Positions 29,790 through 40,999 of a stretch of DNA of 51,574 nt are shown piece after piece (positions within the stretch are counted from its first letter, which is position 1; every line of letters starts with the position of its first letter). Origin of the DNA: Balanoglossus misakiensis (taxonomy: Eukaryota > Animalia > Hemichordata). Both the position numbers and the translations under genes were made by a program. Location of the stretch: NCBI GenBank assembly GCA_040954595.2, contig JBECUI020000056.1:1-51574 (forward strand), in the 5' to 3' direction. Below the pieces are notes generated by a model. The model had not been told where the DNA came from and ran no database searches. It saw only the letters and a list, made by a program, of their open reading frames with translations.

Positions 29790-31496
29790 CTATTGCTTGT
29801 CCAAGTCAACCAATGATGGATCACCCATGCGAAGAGTAAAGTAATTATTAAAACTTGCACGCTTTAGGTACTCCTCAAAAGCTTCCGTATATGAAAGACC
29901 TAGGTTGACCTTCTGCTCGGAAGGATGATCTTTGAATATCTGGTAAGCATCTCCACCTGCTGCGATAAAAGAGTTGGTAACTAAATTATACCTACCCGTC
30001 TTATCGACAACTTTGCCGTCTTCTACTATCATCTTTGGACCAACCTCTATCGACACAACCCGCGAACCGGGAGAAGCTGATGAACTATAAACTACCTTGA
30101 TGCCGGATGCTTGAAGGAATTGTCCACCCGCTTCCGGTAAACGAGATACCGAGTGTTCAAATATATTCAGAATATCTGCTGCAGACAGCTCGGAAATAAC
30201 CGTCAGATAGTTACTAAATGGCAGAATATTGTATACATCATACTTGGAAATAACCGAATCCGCTACTATAACAACGCTATTCCGTATGCCCCCGCCGTTC
30301 GTAACAGCAAAATGCACTGTTTCATCATTCATTACGTTGGCTATTGCAAGATAGGAATCAGTAATAGCCCTGCCCATCGTTGTTTCGCGAGTACGTACAA
30401 ACTGCCGTGTTCCATCCAGACTCGTGCGAACCGTAGTAACGGGCTCCTTCCGAAAGGATTCGATCGACTTTGCTACAACATCAACAATATCCCGCTGAAT
30501 TACAGGATCTGCCGGTACATCCGGGTGTACTGCAACAGGACCGGATTTCTCATCGACATGAGTAATAAGACCCTCGGCATCAAAATGTACAATCAACCGT
30601 CCAATATAATTGTATGCACCATCAGTAGCTACAACAAGTACAGGGTCTCCAGTCGGAGAAGTCGTACGATAAGGATAGGGCTCTTCCGGCTGATCGGCAA
30701 TCGATTCGCCGTCTCTGTTCTGGCGTATGAGATAATCATTCTGTGCATTGCCTAAGAGATTATCCCCACCACCGGCAATAAAGACATCAACCCCCTCAAT
30801 GAGTTCCGCAAGCGCTTTCTCCTCATCAACATTTTGTAGATGGGACATGGAAATGATAATGTTCACGCCCTGTGAACGAAGTTTATCCACTTCTCGTTGT
30901 AGGCTTTCTGCAAAATCTGCAATGACAATATTCGGCCCGGGACTTGAAATGTCGCGCACCCCATCGGTGGTCGCACCGACAAGACCAACACGAATATCTC
31001 CATATTGCTTGATGAGTCGCCGGGAAATTTTTTCAGCGGCAAGGGCAGCGAGTTCGGGCTCCTTGGTGAAATCAAGATTGGCACTTATAAAGTCAAACCT
31101 GGCTTCCTCAACAAAACGCCGAAATCCAGCCGGACCAAAGTCAAACTCATGATTCCCAATCGCAGAGACATCGTAGCCCATGGAAGACAATACCTGTGCA
31201 TCAAAGACACCGCGAGAAACTGCATATTGTAGCCCTGCTAAATAATTGTCGCCGGCTGATGCAACCAAGACGGCAGTGCCCTCTGCTTCCGCCCGGAGCT
31301 TCTCTAAAACAGTGGCAAACTGTGCCACACTTCCTGAATAACTATTCGCCAAGAATGCCGATTCACCATCATTACTGTGCAGGATGGTCATGATAAATGG
31401 CTTATCTTTTTCCATACCTCCCCCATGGGAATCTGCAAAAAGACTGCCTAAACTTATAAACAAGATAAAAATTACTAGCTTTTTTTGGATAAACAT
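29790..31496 (-). CDS. Secreted bifunctional metallophosphatase / 5'-nucleotidase
   Basis: Signal peptide, LHSND, AGDN, GNHEFD, NGGGIR, LPFSN, FIAAGGDAY. Some metal-ligand motifs are variant (DGE, GGGD). Confidence 0.88.
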   Translation of the reverse strand: MFIQKKLVIFILFISLGSLFADSHGGGMEKDKPFIMTILHSNDGESAFLANSYSGSVAQFATVLEKLRAEAEGTAVLVASAGDNYLAGLQYAVSRGVFDAQVLSSMGYDVSAIGNHEFDFGPAGFRRFVEEARFDFISANLDFTKEPELAALAAEKISRRLIKQYGDIRVGLVGATTDGVRDISSPGPNIVIADFAESLQREVDKLRSQGVNIIISMSHLQNVDEEKALAELIEGVDVFIAGGGDNLLGNAQNDYLIRQNRDGESIADQPEEPYPYRTTSPTGDPVLVVATDGAYNYIGRLIVHFDAEGLITHVDEKSGPVAVHPDVPADPVIQRDIVDVVAKSIESFRKEPVTTVRTSLDGTRQFVRTRETTMGRAITDSYLAIANVMNDETVHFAVTNGGGIRNSVVIVADSVISKYDVYNILPFSNYLTVISELSAADILNIFEHSVSRLPEAGGQFLQASGIKVVYSSSASPGSRVVSIEVGPKMIVEDGKVVDKTGRYNLVTNSFIAAGGDAYQIFKDHPSEQKVNLGLSYTEAFEEYLKRASFNNYFTLRMGDPSLVDLDKQ

Positions 31497-31594
31497 ACCC
31501 CCCTCCTAGTTTGACTTAAGTATACAAGTAATTATACATTAATGCAATAAAATCCATAGCATGGTATAATAAGAAAAAGTTGGAGAATAACTGT

Positions 31595-31834
31595 ATGTCA
31601 AACGCAGAAAACAAGGATTATAAAGTCATTATTATGCATAATTTTGATTACAAGGAAATTAATGCCATTATGCTAGCGGTTCGAACTATGTATCCCGACA
31701 AGCAACAGGTAGTCTTTGCAAAGAGTACAAAAAAATCTCTGGAGACAAAACTTGGCGAGCTTATTGACGACATAACACAGGACCATGAATATCTCATGAA
31801 AAACAAACCGCCTAAAAAAGAAAATCCTAAATGA
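31595..31834 (+). CDS. Small conserved hypothetical protein (DUF3783-like)
   Basis: VIIMHNF...I..IM.AV...VFA.ST..SL...L.ELI....DHEY; coupled to hisC; GGAG upstream of ATG 31595. Confidence 0.6.
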   Translation: MSNAENKDYKVIIMHNFDYKEINAIMLAVRTMYPDKQQVVFAKSTKKSLETKLGELIDDITQDHEYLMKNKPPKKENPK

Positions 31835-32886
31835 GGGAAAAAACAAGTTTTGAAAAATTACCGCTGTACCAACCTGGGATGCACCGGTCAAGAACAATTA
31901 AACTATCCTCCAACGAAAACCCGCTAGGAACATCTCCCCTTGCTCTTCGGGCTGTCCGTCAAGCACTCAGTAAGATCCATTATTACCCTGATAATACATC
32001 AACTCTGCTACGAGAAAAAATTGCCAATAGGTACGGTCTTCAGAAAGAAGAGATCATTATTGGGAATGGATCCGACGAAATCATGCTGCTTACTGCTGCT
32101 GCCTATATGGAACCACAAGAAGAATCAGTTGTGGGAGCACATACCTTCAGTGTATATACATTCGTTACGCATTTGTTCGGGGGGATGGTGCAAACCTGCC
32201 CAATGCAGCAGGGCATATACGATTTTGATGCTCTATTGTCACTTGTCAATAATAAAACACGCCTGATATTCCTTGGCAGCCCTAATAATCCAACTGGTAC
32301 CATTATCTTACCGGATAGATTGGAAAGCATACTTAACAGCATTCCCGACACTGCCCTTATAGTATTGGATGAAGCCTACGGTGAATTTATCGATAATCCG
32401 CAGTACAAAAGCGGCATACATTACATACGTAATTACCCGAACCTTCTTGTTTTGCGCACATTCTCTAAGATATTCGGATTAGCCGGACTTCGAGTTGGAT
32501 ACGGAATCGCACAAGAGAAAACAATAGCATATTTACAGCGTGCAAAAATTCCTTTTAGCAGTAATTCATTAGCACAAGCAGCAGCGACTGCAGCATTGGA
32601 AGATAATACATTTATTCAAAAAACTCTACGATGTGTTCATATGGGAAAAAAGATGCTCTGTCATGTTCTGGACGAACTCAATCTCCCATATTTCCCCAGT
32701 CAGGCAAACTTCGTCAGCTTCCAAGTGCCCGAACCAGGAGACATAGCAGTTGAGAGTATTGCTACGCAAGGAGTTACGCTTCGCTCTCTCCAAACATTTG
32801 GCTTGCATAATTGGATACGGGCAAGCATCGGGACAGGGAAACAAATGACTACCCTTATCGCCGCATTACGAAAGCTGTATGGATAA
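31831..32886 (+). CDS. hisC: Histidinol-phosphate aminotransferase
   Basis: KLSSNENP, GNGSDE, PNNPTG, LDEAY, LRTFSK.FGLAGLRVGY. Confidence 0.92.
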   Translation: MREKTSFEKLPLYQPGMHRSRTIKLSSNENPLGTSPLALRAVRQALSKIHYYPDNTSTLLREKIANRYGLQKEEIIIGNGSDEIMLLTAAAYMEPQEESVVGAHTFSVYTFVTHLFGGMVQTCPMQQGIYDFDALLSLVNNKTRLIFLGSPNNPTGTIILPDRLESILNSIPDTALIVLDEAYGEFIDNPQYKSGIHYIRNYPNLLVLRTFSKIFGLAGLRVGYGIAQEKTIAYLQRAKIPFSSNSLAQAAATAALEDNTFIQKTLRCVHMGKKMLCHVLDELNLPYFPSQANFVSFQVPEPGDIAVESIATQGVTLRSLQTFGLHNWIRASIGTGKQMTTLIAALRKLYG

Positions 32887-33412
32887 TACCGTCTTTTTAA
32901 AATTCTTATTAGTTCTATTCCTTCCAACCATATGTTTACTTTTCCCGAACAAAAAAAGAGGCATTGTTGCACTGCTATCCGGTTTCGCATCCGCTTTTCT
33001 TGCACTGGGAATGCTTGTCGTACTAGAACTCGGTCTGGGGATCCTATACAACAGTCTTCCACCCTTCTTATGGTATCTAACAACGGGACTCGTAGAAGAA
33101 GTATGCAAGGTTCTATTCTTCTTTCGTCTTGTCAATCATTTTTCAATAAAAGACCAGCTACCACGCTATGGCGCTACAGTTGGAGTAGGATTTGCTAGTA
33201 TAGAATCATTACTCTATATTCGTTCCCCACTTCAAATAATCGCTATACGAACCGTTACTGCTTCACTGCTTCATATCGCCACTATGCTCATCCTTGTATT
33301 TATCACAGGCATGCGAAAAAAGGAGAAGTACAGCGCTTACAAACCCCTGCACGTTGCCATATCACTCTTGTTTCAAGTATCCCTACATCTTGTGTATAAT
33401 ACAATCCAGTAA
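32879..33412 (+). CDS. PrsW-family intramembrane glutamic/metalloprotease
   Basis: GLVEEVCK, VGVGFASIES, R...A...H, LH..YN; multiple transmembrane helices. Confidence 0.8.
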   Translation: MDNTVFLKFLLVLFLPTICLLFPNKKRGIVALLSGFASAFLALGMLVVLELGLGILYNSLPPFLWYLTTGLVEEVCKVLFFFRLVNHFSIKDQLPRYGATVGVGFASIESLLYIRSPLQIIAIRTVTASLLHIATMLILVFITGMRKKEKYSAYKPLHVAISLLFQVSLHLVYNTIQ

Positions 33413-33470
33413 ACATCCTCATAGTAGAAGGGTTGACAATTATTATATATCTGTCTATGGTAGAGTATCA

Positions 33471-35954
33471 GTGCTTGTAACAGAACAATCATTAGTCGGC
33501 AGATGGCAATTAACCTCTCCGGTCTTATCTGACCCCCTTCCCATAGATATACCTGGTGATATATACACAGTTTTACTCCAGGAAAAGATTTTACCTGACC
33601 CCTATTATAGTGATAATGAACTCAAGTGGTTGCCGTATGCTCAGGCTGAATGGAAAATAGAACGTACATTTGAAGTAACGAACAATCAAGCCGAACGAAT
33701 ACTATTAGACATAGCGGTCGTGGACACTATTGCTATCATCACCATAAATGGGGAAGAAGTTGCAAAAAGCAATTCCAGTTTCATTCCCCTATGCATAGAT
33801 ATAAAGAAACATATCAAACCGGGAAAGAACACTATTGCTATCGCCTTTCTTTCTGCCGAAAAGCTTGCCCAAGAAAGCCCACTGCCCTATCCTATACCTC
33901 ATTCTGAATATCCGATACAATCGCCGCACCGCAATCTTGTGCGTAAGGTACAATGTCATAGTGGCTGGGATTGGGGCCCCGCACTTATGTGTGCCGGAGT
34001 CTATCAATCTATCCGTTTATTATACCGCCCTGCATATACCCTATCTGCACTACATTGTGATATACGCAATACCAGCAAGACCCGTTGGGTTGTAACTGTG
34101 CATATTGATCTCAACAGCGAAGCTGAGCTTGAATTTCCTCTTACCATCAGCCTTGCAACAGTGAAGACAACAGAGCAAATAGCAATACGCAAAGGGACTC
34201 AAACTATATCATGCAAATTGACCATTGATAAGCCCGAACTGTGGTGGCCTGCCGGCATGGGCAAACAGCCACTGTATGAACTGACGGCTCAAATCGGAGA
34301 ACTTTGGCATAACAAGACAGTTGCATTCCGAACTATTACCGTTATAAATAAGAAAGACCGTTTTGGCAGATCCCTGCAATTTCTGGTCAACAAAAAACCA
34401 ATTATAGCAAAGGGTGCCAACTGGATTCCCTGTGATGCCCTTCCAAGCCGACAAATGCCCGAACGCATCCGGAAGCTCATTGATAGTGCTCTTGCTGCAG
34501 GAATGAATATGCTCCGCGTCTGGGGCGGGGGGCAGTACGAAAGCAATTTCTTTTACGAGTATTGCAGTCGACGTGGCATACTTATCTGGCAAGATTTTAT
34601 GTTTGCCTGTGCAATGTATCCCGCTGACTCTGCATTTCTCGACCTCGTACGAACTGAAGCAGAGGCACAAGTCAAACGATTAAAAGGCTTTGCCTGTCTT
34701 GCTCTCTGGTGTGGGAACAATGAAAATCTCGGAGCCTTTGAATGGTTTCCGGAATCCCACGAGAATCGCGACCGCTATCTCATTGACTACGATCGTCTTA
34801 ATGAGGGAGTACTTGGCGACACTGTTCGTAGGTTTGATCCAACCCGTCTTTTCTGGCCAAGTTCCCCCTCCGGTTCTCCCAACGATTACAGTGCAAACTG
34901 GCATAATGACAACTGCGGGGACATGCATTACTGGAGCGTATGGCATGAAGGCAAACCCTTTGAAGCATATTATTCCATTATACCACGATTCTGTTCGGAG
35001 TTTGGATTTCAATCCTTTCCATCACGCAAAACCATTCTCAGCTGCACCCCTGTCGATTCATTGAATCCTACAGCTCCCGCTATGGAGCATCATCAGAGGC
35101 ATCCACGGGGCAATAGCATTATTCTTGAAACCATCAGCCGTTATTTCCGTTTTCCCAAGGATTTTGAAAACATACTCTATCTCAGCCAACTCCAGCAAGG
35201 ACTGGCAATACAAACTGCCGTAGAATTTTGGCGTGCTCATCCCGAACGATGCTCCGGCATGATGTACTGGCAACTGAACGATCTATGGCCCGGCAGTTCG
35301 TGGTCATCGATTGAATACGACGGCTACTGGAAACTTCTTCACTACTTTGCAGCGCGTTTTTATCGCCCCCTCCATCTTGCCGCCTATAAGGACCCAAAAG
35401 ACAATCAAACAAAGTATGTTCTGTATAACGACACCACCCTTCCCCAAGCAGTCGAGCTAAGTTTAAGCTGGTACGCAGAAGACAGCAAACTGCTTGATGT
35501 CTATCGATGCAATTGCACTGTTGATGCCCATTCCGTGCAATTTCTTCATCCAACAACCGACCATGCTCATGCTGTATTATTTATGGTGATGAAACCCTCT
35601 GTCGGCAATTCTCTTACGAATATTTTTCTCTCAATGAAACCAAAACAGTACAATCTTTCACCTACACAGGCGGTTGTAATATCATCCCTGCGAAAGAAAA
35701 AGATCGCTTCTCCACCTGCCCACCTTGCAGAAACCGACAGTTGTTATGAGATTACCCTTAAAACAAAACAAGTAGCCCTCTACGTAACACTCAGCCTCCA
35801 AGATCAGTTCGGGGGTATGAGTGACAATGCCTTTTCCATGCAGCCCAAGGAGACAAAGACCATTCTTTGTTATGTAAACAGTAAAGAGATACGCAATGCC
35901 GATGCACTCCGTGCCCAGATCAAGTTATACGATTTAGCGCATAGTTATTTCTAG
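33471..35954 (+). CDS. Glycoside hydrolase family 2, beta-mannosidase-like
   Basis: RKVQCHSGWDWGP, KGANWIP, NMLRVWGGG, WCGNNE, SEFG, YWQLND.WP. Likely start GTG 33471, downstream of TTGACA-N17-TATGGT (33433-33461). Confidence 0.9.
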   Translation: MLVTEQSLVGRWQLTSPVLSDPLPIDIPGDIYTVLLQEKILPDPYYSDNELKWLPYAQAEWKIERTFEVTNNQAERILLDIAVVDTIAIITINGEEVAKSNSSFIPLCIDIKKHIKPGKNTIAIAFLSAEKLAQESPLPYPIPHSEYPIQSPHRNLVRKVQCHSGWDWGPALMCAGVYQSIRLLYRPAYTLSALHCDIRNTSKTRWVVTVHIDLNSEAELEFPLTISLATVKTTEQIAIRKGTQTISCKLTIDKPELWWPAGMGKQPLYELTAQIGELWHNKTVAFRTITVINKKDRFGRSLQFLVNKKPIIAKGANWIPCDALPSRQMPERIRKLIDSALAAGMNMLRVWGGGQYESNFFYEYCSRRGILIWQDFMFACAMYPADSAFLDLVRTEAEAQVKRLKGFACLALWCGNNENLGAFEWFPESHENRDRYLIDYDRLNEGVLGDTVRRFDPTRLFWPSSPSGSPNDYSANWHNDNCGDMHYWSVWHEGKPFEAYYSIIPRFCSEFGFQSFPSRKTILSCTPVDSLNPTAPAMEHHQRHPRGNSIILETISRYFRFPKDFENILYLSQLQQGLAIQTAVEFWRAHPERCSGMMYWQLNDLWPGSSWSSIEYDGYWKLLHYFAARFYRPLHLAAYKDPKDNQTKYVLYNDTTLPQAVELSLSWYAEDSKLLDVYRCNCTVDAHSVQFLHPTTDHAHAVLFMVMKPSVGNSLTNIFLSMKPKQYNLSPTQAVVISSLRKKKIASPPAHLAETDSCYEITLKTKQVALYVTLSLQDQFGGMSDNAFSMQPKETKTILCYVNSKEIRNADALRAQIKLYDLAHSYF

Positions 35955-35968
35955 GGGATTTTCTGCCA

Positions 35969-37840
35969 TCAATGAAGATCCCGAACTATTCCGGAAAGCT
36001 GGTATATACTATCCGGCAACCCACCCGGGCGAGATCGTTGCAGCCATAGTTTGCGGTAACGGCGAATGAGATCAGTCAGTTTTGGCAGTAATTCACTGCT
36101 CAGCTCCCTAATATCGGAGGCACTGGAAATATGTTCAATACATCTTCCGCCAATCATTAGAGAATCTACGATCCATAGTAATTCATGTCGTAGCAGCGAT
36201 TTCGGAAGGCACAAAGAAAGGATCCTAGCCTTTATTTCTTCCATCTCCCGATAAAAACCTACATAATCAGAATCTCGAAATGACAAGTACTGCGATTGAT
36301 GATAGGGATAGGTACTACCAAGGAACATACAATGCAAAACGGAGGCATTCGCAAGAGTGAATCCGTATTTTTCGCTTATAGAGGCTAATTGATAAAATAC
36401 TTGCGCCAATCCGGAGGTATTAAAGAGATAGGTATCCAGCCAGGCAAGAGCTATTGTCTCGTCTGTTTCATCAGAACTCCCTTCCCAACTGTACCGGGCA
36501 AAGTATGTCAGCGGGAGGAATAAACAGGATGCGGGCTGAAAATGTCCGTTATCACCCCATTCTGTCAGTACTACACCCGACAAAGAGTGTTCTGTACATG
36601 TTTCAACTGCTCTTTGCATATTTATTTCTGCATTACGCATTCGTCCGGCTATTGTGTTCCAGTTTGATGTCCCGCAATAGAGAATGATATCTGCAGCGAT
36701 ACGCGCACGAACTGTCCGCACCTGTTCATCAAAGGGATGCTCAGCATCATATCCCCATAGACACAAACCCACGTCGTTCGCAAGCATCTCTATCTTTTCC
36801 GGATGTTGTATTACAATATCCGCCCAGATATACGGACGTTTCATGAGTGTTTTGCAGAATGCTGCTGTTGTATTTACTGCCGTGTAAAACAGTGTATCCA
36901 TTCCCTCGCGCTCTGCTCGTTTTTTATTTGCACACTGGGCAAATTCCCAGGGTTCATCGTACCCAATATTTATGTTTGACGAACGAAAGTGGGGCGCATA
37001 CTGGGACAAGAGATCATGCACAAGTGCATCGGAGCGACTATCACTGATATTCCTCGTTGAAGGTTCCGGGCGGAAGACATTCCAGGGGTCGGTAAATCCG
37101 TCAGGGCATTCCGACAGATGTCGGTATTGTGGGTGCTTCAGCCATCGTTCCATATGTCCCAAACAGTTTAGGTTCGGTATGAGCTCAATACCCTCCTCAA
37201 AAGCAAGCCGATCTAAACGACGCAGCTGTCTTTTTGTCAGTGGAGATGCATGTTTCCATACCTGTTTATGTCCGCGAAACGCAAATGTATGTTCAGTGTA
37301 TAGTTCCAGCTGCGTATACTTCTGAAGACCAAGGATACGGATGAGTTTCTCTAGTTCTCGCATACGCGGGATGCGGTCTCGTGAAACATCCAGCATAAGT
37401 CCTCGTTTTGCTATACGTGGTGCATCAACAATCCGAACACAGGGAAGAGATAATGTTTTGCCAACCCGGGTGGAGAAAGAAGAAGATGTACTATCAATAT
37501 TGTAGTCTCGTACTAAGCGAGAAATGTCATGTATCTGACCACTTCTGGTCGTTTCCGATACTACGTACTGAAATAGAGTCTTGAGTGCATACGCAATATT
37601 TTTGACCTCATCAGCAGAAATAGTAATGCTATCTGGAGTAATTACTATCTCATACGCGTGCTGCATCTTACCAATGGTACAGGTAATAGACCCGACAACG
37701 AAGCTATGCCCAGTACGAAAGCGGCGTAATAAAGAGGATGTACGCCAGAGTCGCGGCAGTTTTTGAGCTGCAGAAAACTGTAGATCGTGTTGGCTCTCAG
37801 TGTATGTCAACAACGTCGGACTCGGTATAATAGGAGGCAT
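35969..37840 (-). CDS. Glycoside hydrolase family 20-like beta-N-acetylhexosaminidase
   Basis: DAPRI..RGLMLDVSR, LYTEHTF, LGHMERWL, NIGYDE catalytic pair, TEWGD.GH. Confidence 0.85.
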   Translation of the reverse strand: MPPIIPSPTLLTYTESQHDLQFSAAQKLPRLWRTSSLLRRFRTGHSFVVGSITCTIGKMQHAYEIVITPDSITISADEVKNIAYALKTLFQYVVSETTRSGQIHDISRLVRDYNIDSTSSSFSTRVGKTLSLPCVRIVDAPRIAKRGLMLDVSRDRIPRMRELEKLIRILGLQKYTQLELYTEHTFAFRGHKQVWKHASPLTKRQLRRLDRLAFEEGIELIPNLNCLGHMERWLKHPQYRHLSECPDGFTDPWNVFRPEPSTRNISDSRSDALVHDLLSQYAPHFRSSNINIGYDEPWEFAQCANKKRAEREGMDTLFYTAVNTTAAFCKTLMKRPYIWADIVIQHPEKIEMLANDVGLCLWGYDAEHPFDEQVRTVRARIAADIILYCGTSNWNTIAGRMRNAEINMQRAVETCTEHSLSGVVLTEWGDNGHFQPASCLFLPLTYFARYSWEGSSDETDETIALAWLDTYLFNTSGLAQVFYQLASISEKYGFTLANASVLHCMFLGSTYPYHQSQYLSFRDSDYVGFYREMEEIKARILSLCLPKSLLRHELLWIVDSLMIGGRCIEHISSASDIRELSSELLPKLTDLIRRYRKLWLQRSRPGGLPDSIYQLSGIVRDLH

Positions 37841-37843
37841 ACC

Positions 37844-38704
37844 TTATTCCTTTAATGCACCGGCAGAAAACCCGCGCGTAATTTGATTATGAAAAAAGAA
37901 GTAAAAAATGAGCATCGGGATCGTACTAATTACCAATGCGGCAAAAAGCAAACCGAAATCTCGTGCCATACCACCGGCAAAGGCATTAACTCCAACCGGC
38001 AAACTACGAAGTGCCGTATCACTGGTCAGTACGAAGACAAAAACAAACTCGTTCCAATTGCCTAAAAAAACAAAGATCAACAACGTTACCATAACCGGAC
38101 GGGATATCGGTAAGATAATGCGATGAAATATTTGTATATAATTACTTCCATCAATTAATGCCGATTCTATTAAGGAATCAGGAATATCCTTGATATAGGC
38201 CGCTGCCAGATACACTGCAAAGGGCAGACCAAAGGCAACATAGGGGAGAATGACACCGAAACGAGTATTATCAATATTTAACCATGACTCCAGCAAAAAA
38301 AGAGGTACAAGGACAGCATGAACCGTAATAAGTAATCCCATAACAAAGATGGTGTAGATTATCTTGTTTATGCGGACATACGGAAATTTTGTCAAAGCAA
38401 ATGCAGCTGATAATGCCAGATACACAGTAATAATAGTCGCGACAACCGAGTAAAATATACTGTTTAGAATGTAGAGCCCCAGTTTGCCGACATTCCAGGT
38501 CGTTATAAAATTTTGTACATAGAACTGATTAGGAAGACCAAATACATTCCTTATTATTTCAGCATGGGGACGGAAGGATACAAGGAACATCCATATGAGA
38601 GGAGTAATAGTAATTAAGGTATAAAATACTATAACAACAAGTGCTCCTCCTTTCCATAGACTTGTTTCAATACCGTGTAATTGCCTTATTGTTTTAGTGT
38701 TCAT
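37844..38704 (-). CDS. Carbohydrate ABC permease (MalG-type)
   Basis: IP.SLIESA.IDG (EAA loop), WNEF, LPVG; start at ATG 38704. Confidence 0.9.
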   Translation of the reverse strand: MNTKTIRQLHGIETSLWKGGALVVIVFYTLITITPLIWMFLVSFRPHAEIIRNVFGLPNQFYVQNFITTWNVGKLGLYILNSIFYSVVATIITVYLALSAAFALTKFPYVRINKIIYTIFVMGLLITVHAVLVPLFLLESWLNIDNTRFGVILPYVAFGLPFAVYLAAAYIKDIPDSLIESALIDGSNYIQIFHRIILPISRPVMVTLLIFVFLGNWNEFVFVFVLTSDTALRSLPVGVNAFAGGMARDFGLLFAALVISTIPMLIFYFFFHNQITRGFSAGALKE

Positions 38705-39598
38705 ACTTAGCTTCAAACCTCCGTGCAATACTGCGTAATATGCTAATAAGCCCCAAACTCAGTGCAACAATAATAACGGAAATAGCACTCCCATACCCAT
38801 ACTTGTAGTATTTAAATGTATGAATATACATATATATTGCAATAACTTCCGTGTAATGACTCGGACCACCTCCAGTCATGGCAAAAACTAAATCAAAACT
38901 CTTCAAACTTCCCGCAATGGCAAAAATTGCCGTAGTAAAAATAATTGTTATCATTTGTGGCAGAATAATTTGTAAAAGAATTTGTCGTTCAGTGGCACCA
39001 TCTATTAAGGCAGATTCTAAAACAGAGGGGGATATCTTTTGCATATTAGCCACAAAGATAACCATATAAATACCGGTATAATACCACAGAATAACAAAGA
39101 GCACCGGCATAATGGCAAGCTGTTTATCTTCAAAGATGGTAAAGACATATCTATTATCATCCATGATCACCCGCATGAGCTGCGTAAATATGCCGGAAGG
39201 AGCAAAAAACTGATTCCACAAAATGGCAACAACAATGGGGGAAATAACTACTGGAAGAAAGATCATTGCCTGATAAAACCATGAGCCGCGCACCATCCTG
39301 CGGTAGATAATATAGGCCAATATAAACCCTATGGGAATTTGTCCCATAACGGAAACTAGAACAATAAGAACATTATTCCGAAGCCCCTGTTGAAAACCGG
39401 GTCACTCAATAATGTAGAATAGTTTTGAAGCCCTACAAACTCCGGAGTATCCAAGCCCGACCAGGTAGTAAAACTTGTCCCCAGACTAAAAAATATAGGG
39501 AATATTACTACACTGAGGTAAATGCAGAGAGCGGGAAGTATTAAGAGTAAATAATTACTTTTAAATTGCAATCGGTAATTCAACTCCCCACCCTCCAA
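38694..39598 (-). CDS. Carbohydrate ABC permease (MalF-type), split by a 1-nt indel near 39385
   Basis: ORFs 39356-39598 (FVGLQNY..LL.DP.F) and 38694-39347 (FLPVVISP, ESALIDGA, MTGGGP) together form one permease. Confidence 0.85.
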
Positions 39599-39604
39599 TA
39601 CTGC

Positions 39605-39636
39605 AGGATGCCTGCATAATGATACACAAACATCCT
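39605..39636 (-). terminator. Stem-loop after the sugar-binding protein gene (mRNA stabiliser / partial terminator)
   Basis: AGGATG...CATCCT stem with an inner G-U-rich extension, between the binding-protein and permease genes. Confidence 0.5.
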
Positions 39637-39644
39637 AAAACTAG

Positions 39645-40924
39645 TTATTTCCGACCAGTGTCATTTGCTGCAACCCATGCCTCATATTCGGCTGCAACCT
39701 CTTCGGCAGTCTTATTCCCAAACATCATTTCCTGTATAGCAGGATGTAAGACACCCATGCCCTCACCGTCCATGACGGCATCTATGACATAACCCGCCGG
39801 AACAGTTGCAAGGAAGTCAGCCAATTTTGCCGAAATTACAGGAAAATCTGCCGGACGTTCTATCAGTGCAGCCGGGAGTGCCCCATGTTTCTGCCGGATA
39901 TTCGACCCTTCTGGACCGGAGTAGAACCAAATCCACTTCCACGCCATTGCTGCCTTTGCCTCGGAAAGATTGGCATTCATACCGAAGCCTGTACCTGCTA
40001 CAACAGCAGTAGAGTTGGGGATCCCCCGCTCATTCCCAATCGAAGGGAAAACAGTTATATCCGTGGATTCAAACTGACTCTCGTTCATTTCACCAACAAG
40101 GTTGTTTGCTCTCCAACCACCATCAATAAAGTAGACTGCCCGTTCGTTGACAAAGTCACTTAATGCAACACCGTACTCGGCCTGATTGATTCCGGAGAAA
40201 ACATATCTGCGTCCGAAAGAGTCTTGATTACTCGCAATGCCTCGACAAACTCAGGATCGGTAAACGAAGCATCCCCGACTCGGGCGGCATCTAGCCATTT
40301 TCTTCCACCTGTTCGTGCTACCAAGGCGCTTAAAAACGTCGACTGCATTTGCCAACCGTCCTTGTTGTCCATAGCAATAGGAATATACCCTGCATTACGG
40401 ATTTTGTCGCCTTGTGCCATCATTTCATCCATAGTACGAGGGAACCGGAGACCAAGTTCTCGTAATAGGCGTGTATTTACGAACATAACATGTGTTGCCG
40501 TTACCTGTTCCGGCAGTTCCCAAATTTCCCCATTCGGACCCTGTGGTGCCATTGCAGCTGTCGCAAAAAGATTGCTGTTATCACCTATGTACGGTCGCAA
40601 ATCCTTGACCTTGCCACTGCCAGTTACTTGCCCCGTCCGCTTGCCCGGCCACAAGAATATGACATCGGGAAGTTCGTCTGCTACCGATAAGGTCTGCAAC
40701 TTATTGTGATACGGCTCATTTACCAAGAAGTCAAATTCAAGCGTGATATCAGGATTTTGCCGTTCAAACTCTGCACGGAGTTCTTCAAAATTCTGAACAG
40801 TTACTTGATCAGCCTGGTCCAAATAGTGGAACACCGTTAATACATTCGTTTGCTCTGTCGTTCCTGCACCAAATACAGGAATGCCCACAATACAAAACAC
40901 CAAAAGATAATAGAATAATTTCAT
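39645..40924 (-). CDS. Carbohydrate ABC substrate-binding protein (family 1), split by indels at ~40090-40200
   Basis: AAGGAGG followed by MKLFYY...VFGAG signal; FERQNPDI, LPDV, MFVNT.LL.ELG, GYIPIA; C-terminal half in ORF 39645-40088. Confidence 0.85.
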
Positions 40925-40999
40925 TTTTCCCTCCTTATACAATGTTATGCTTTATTATAATTATATCATTATTTCAATAAAAAAACTAGAACACTTCAT

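Noticed and set aside
5404-38126. Numerous 60-200 aa ORFs antisense to or overlapping the core genes
   Set aside because: They are shadow ORFs of well-supported genes and show no motifs of their own.
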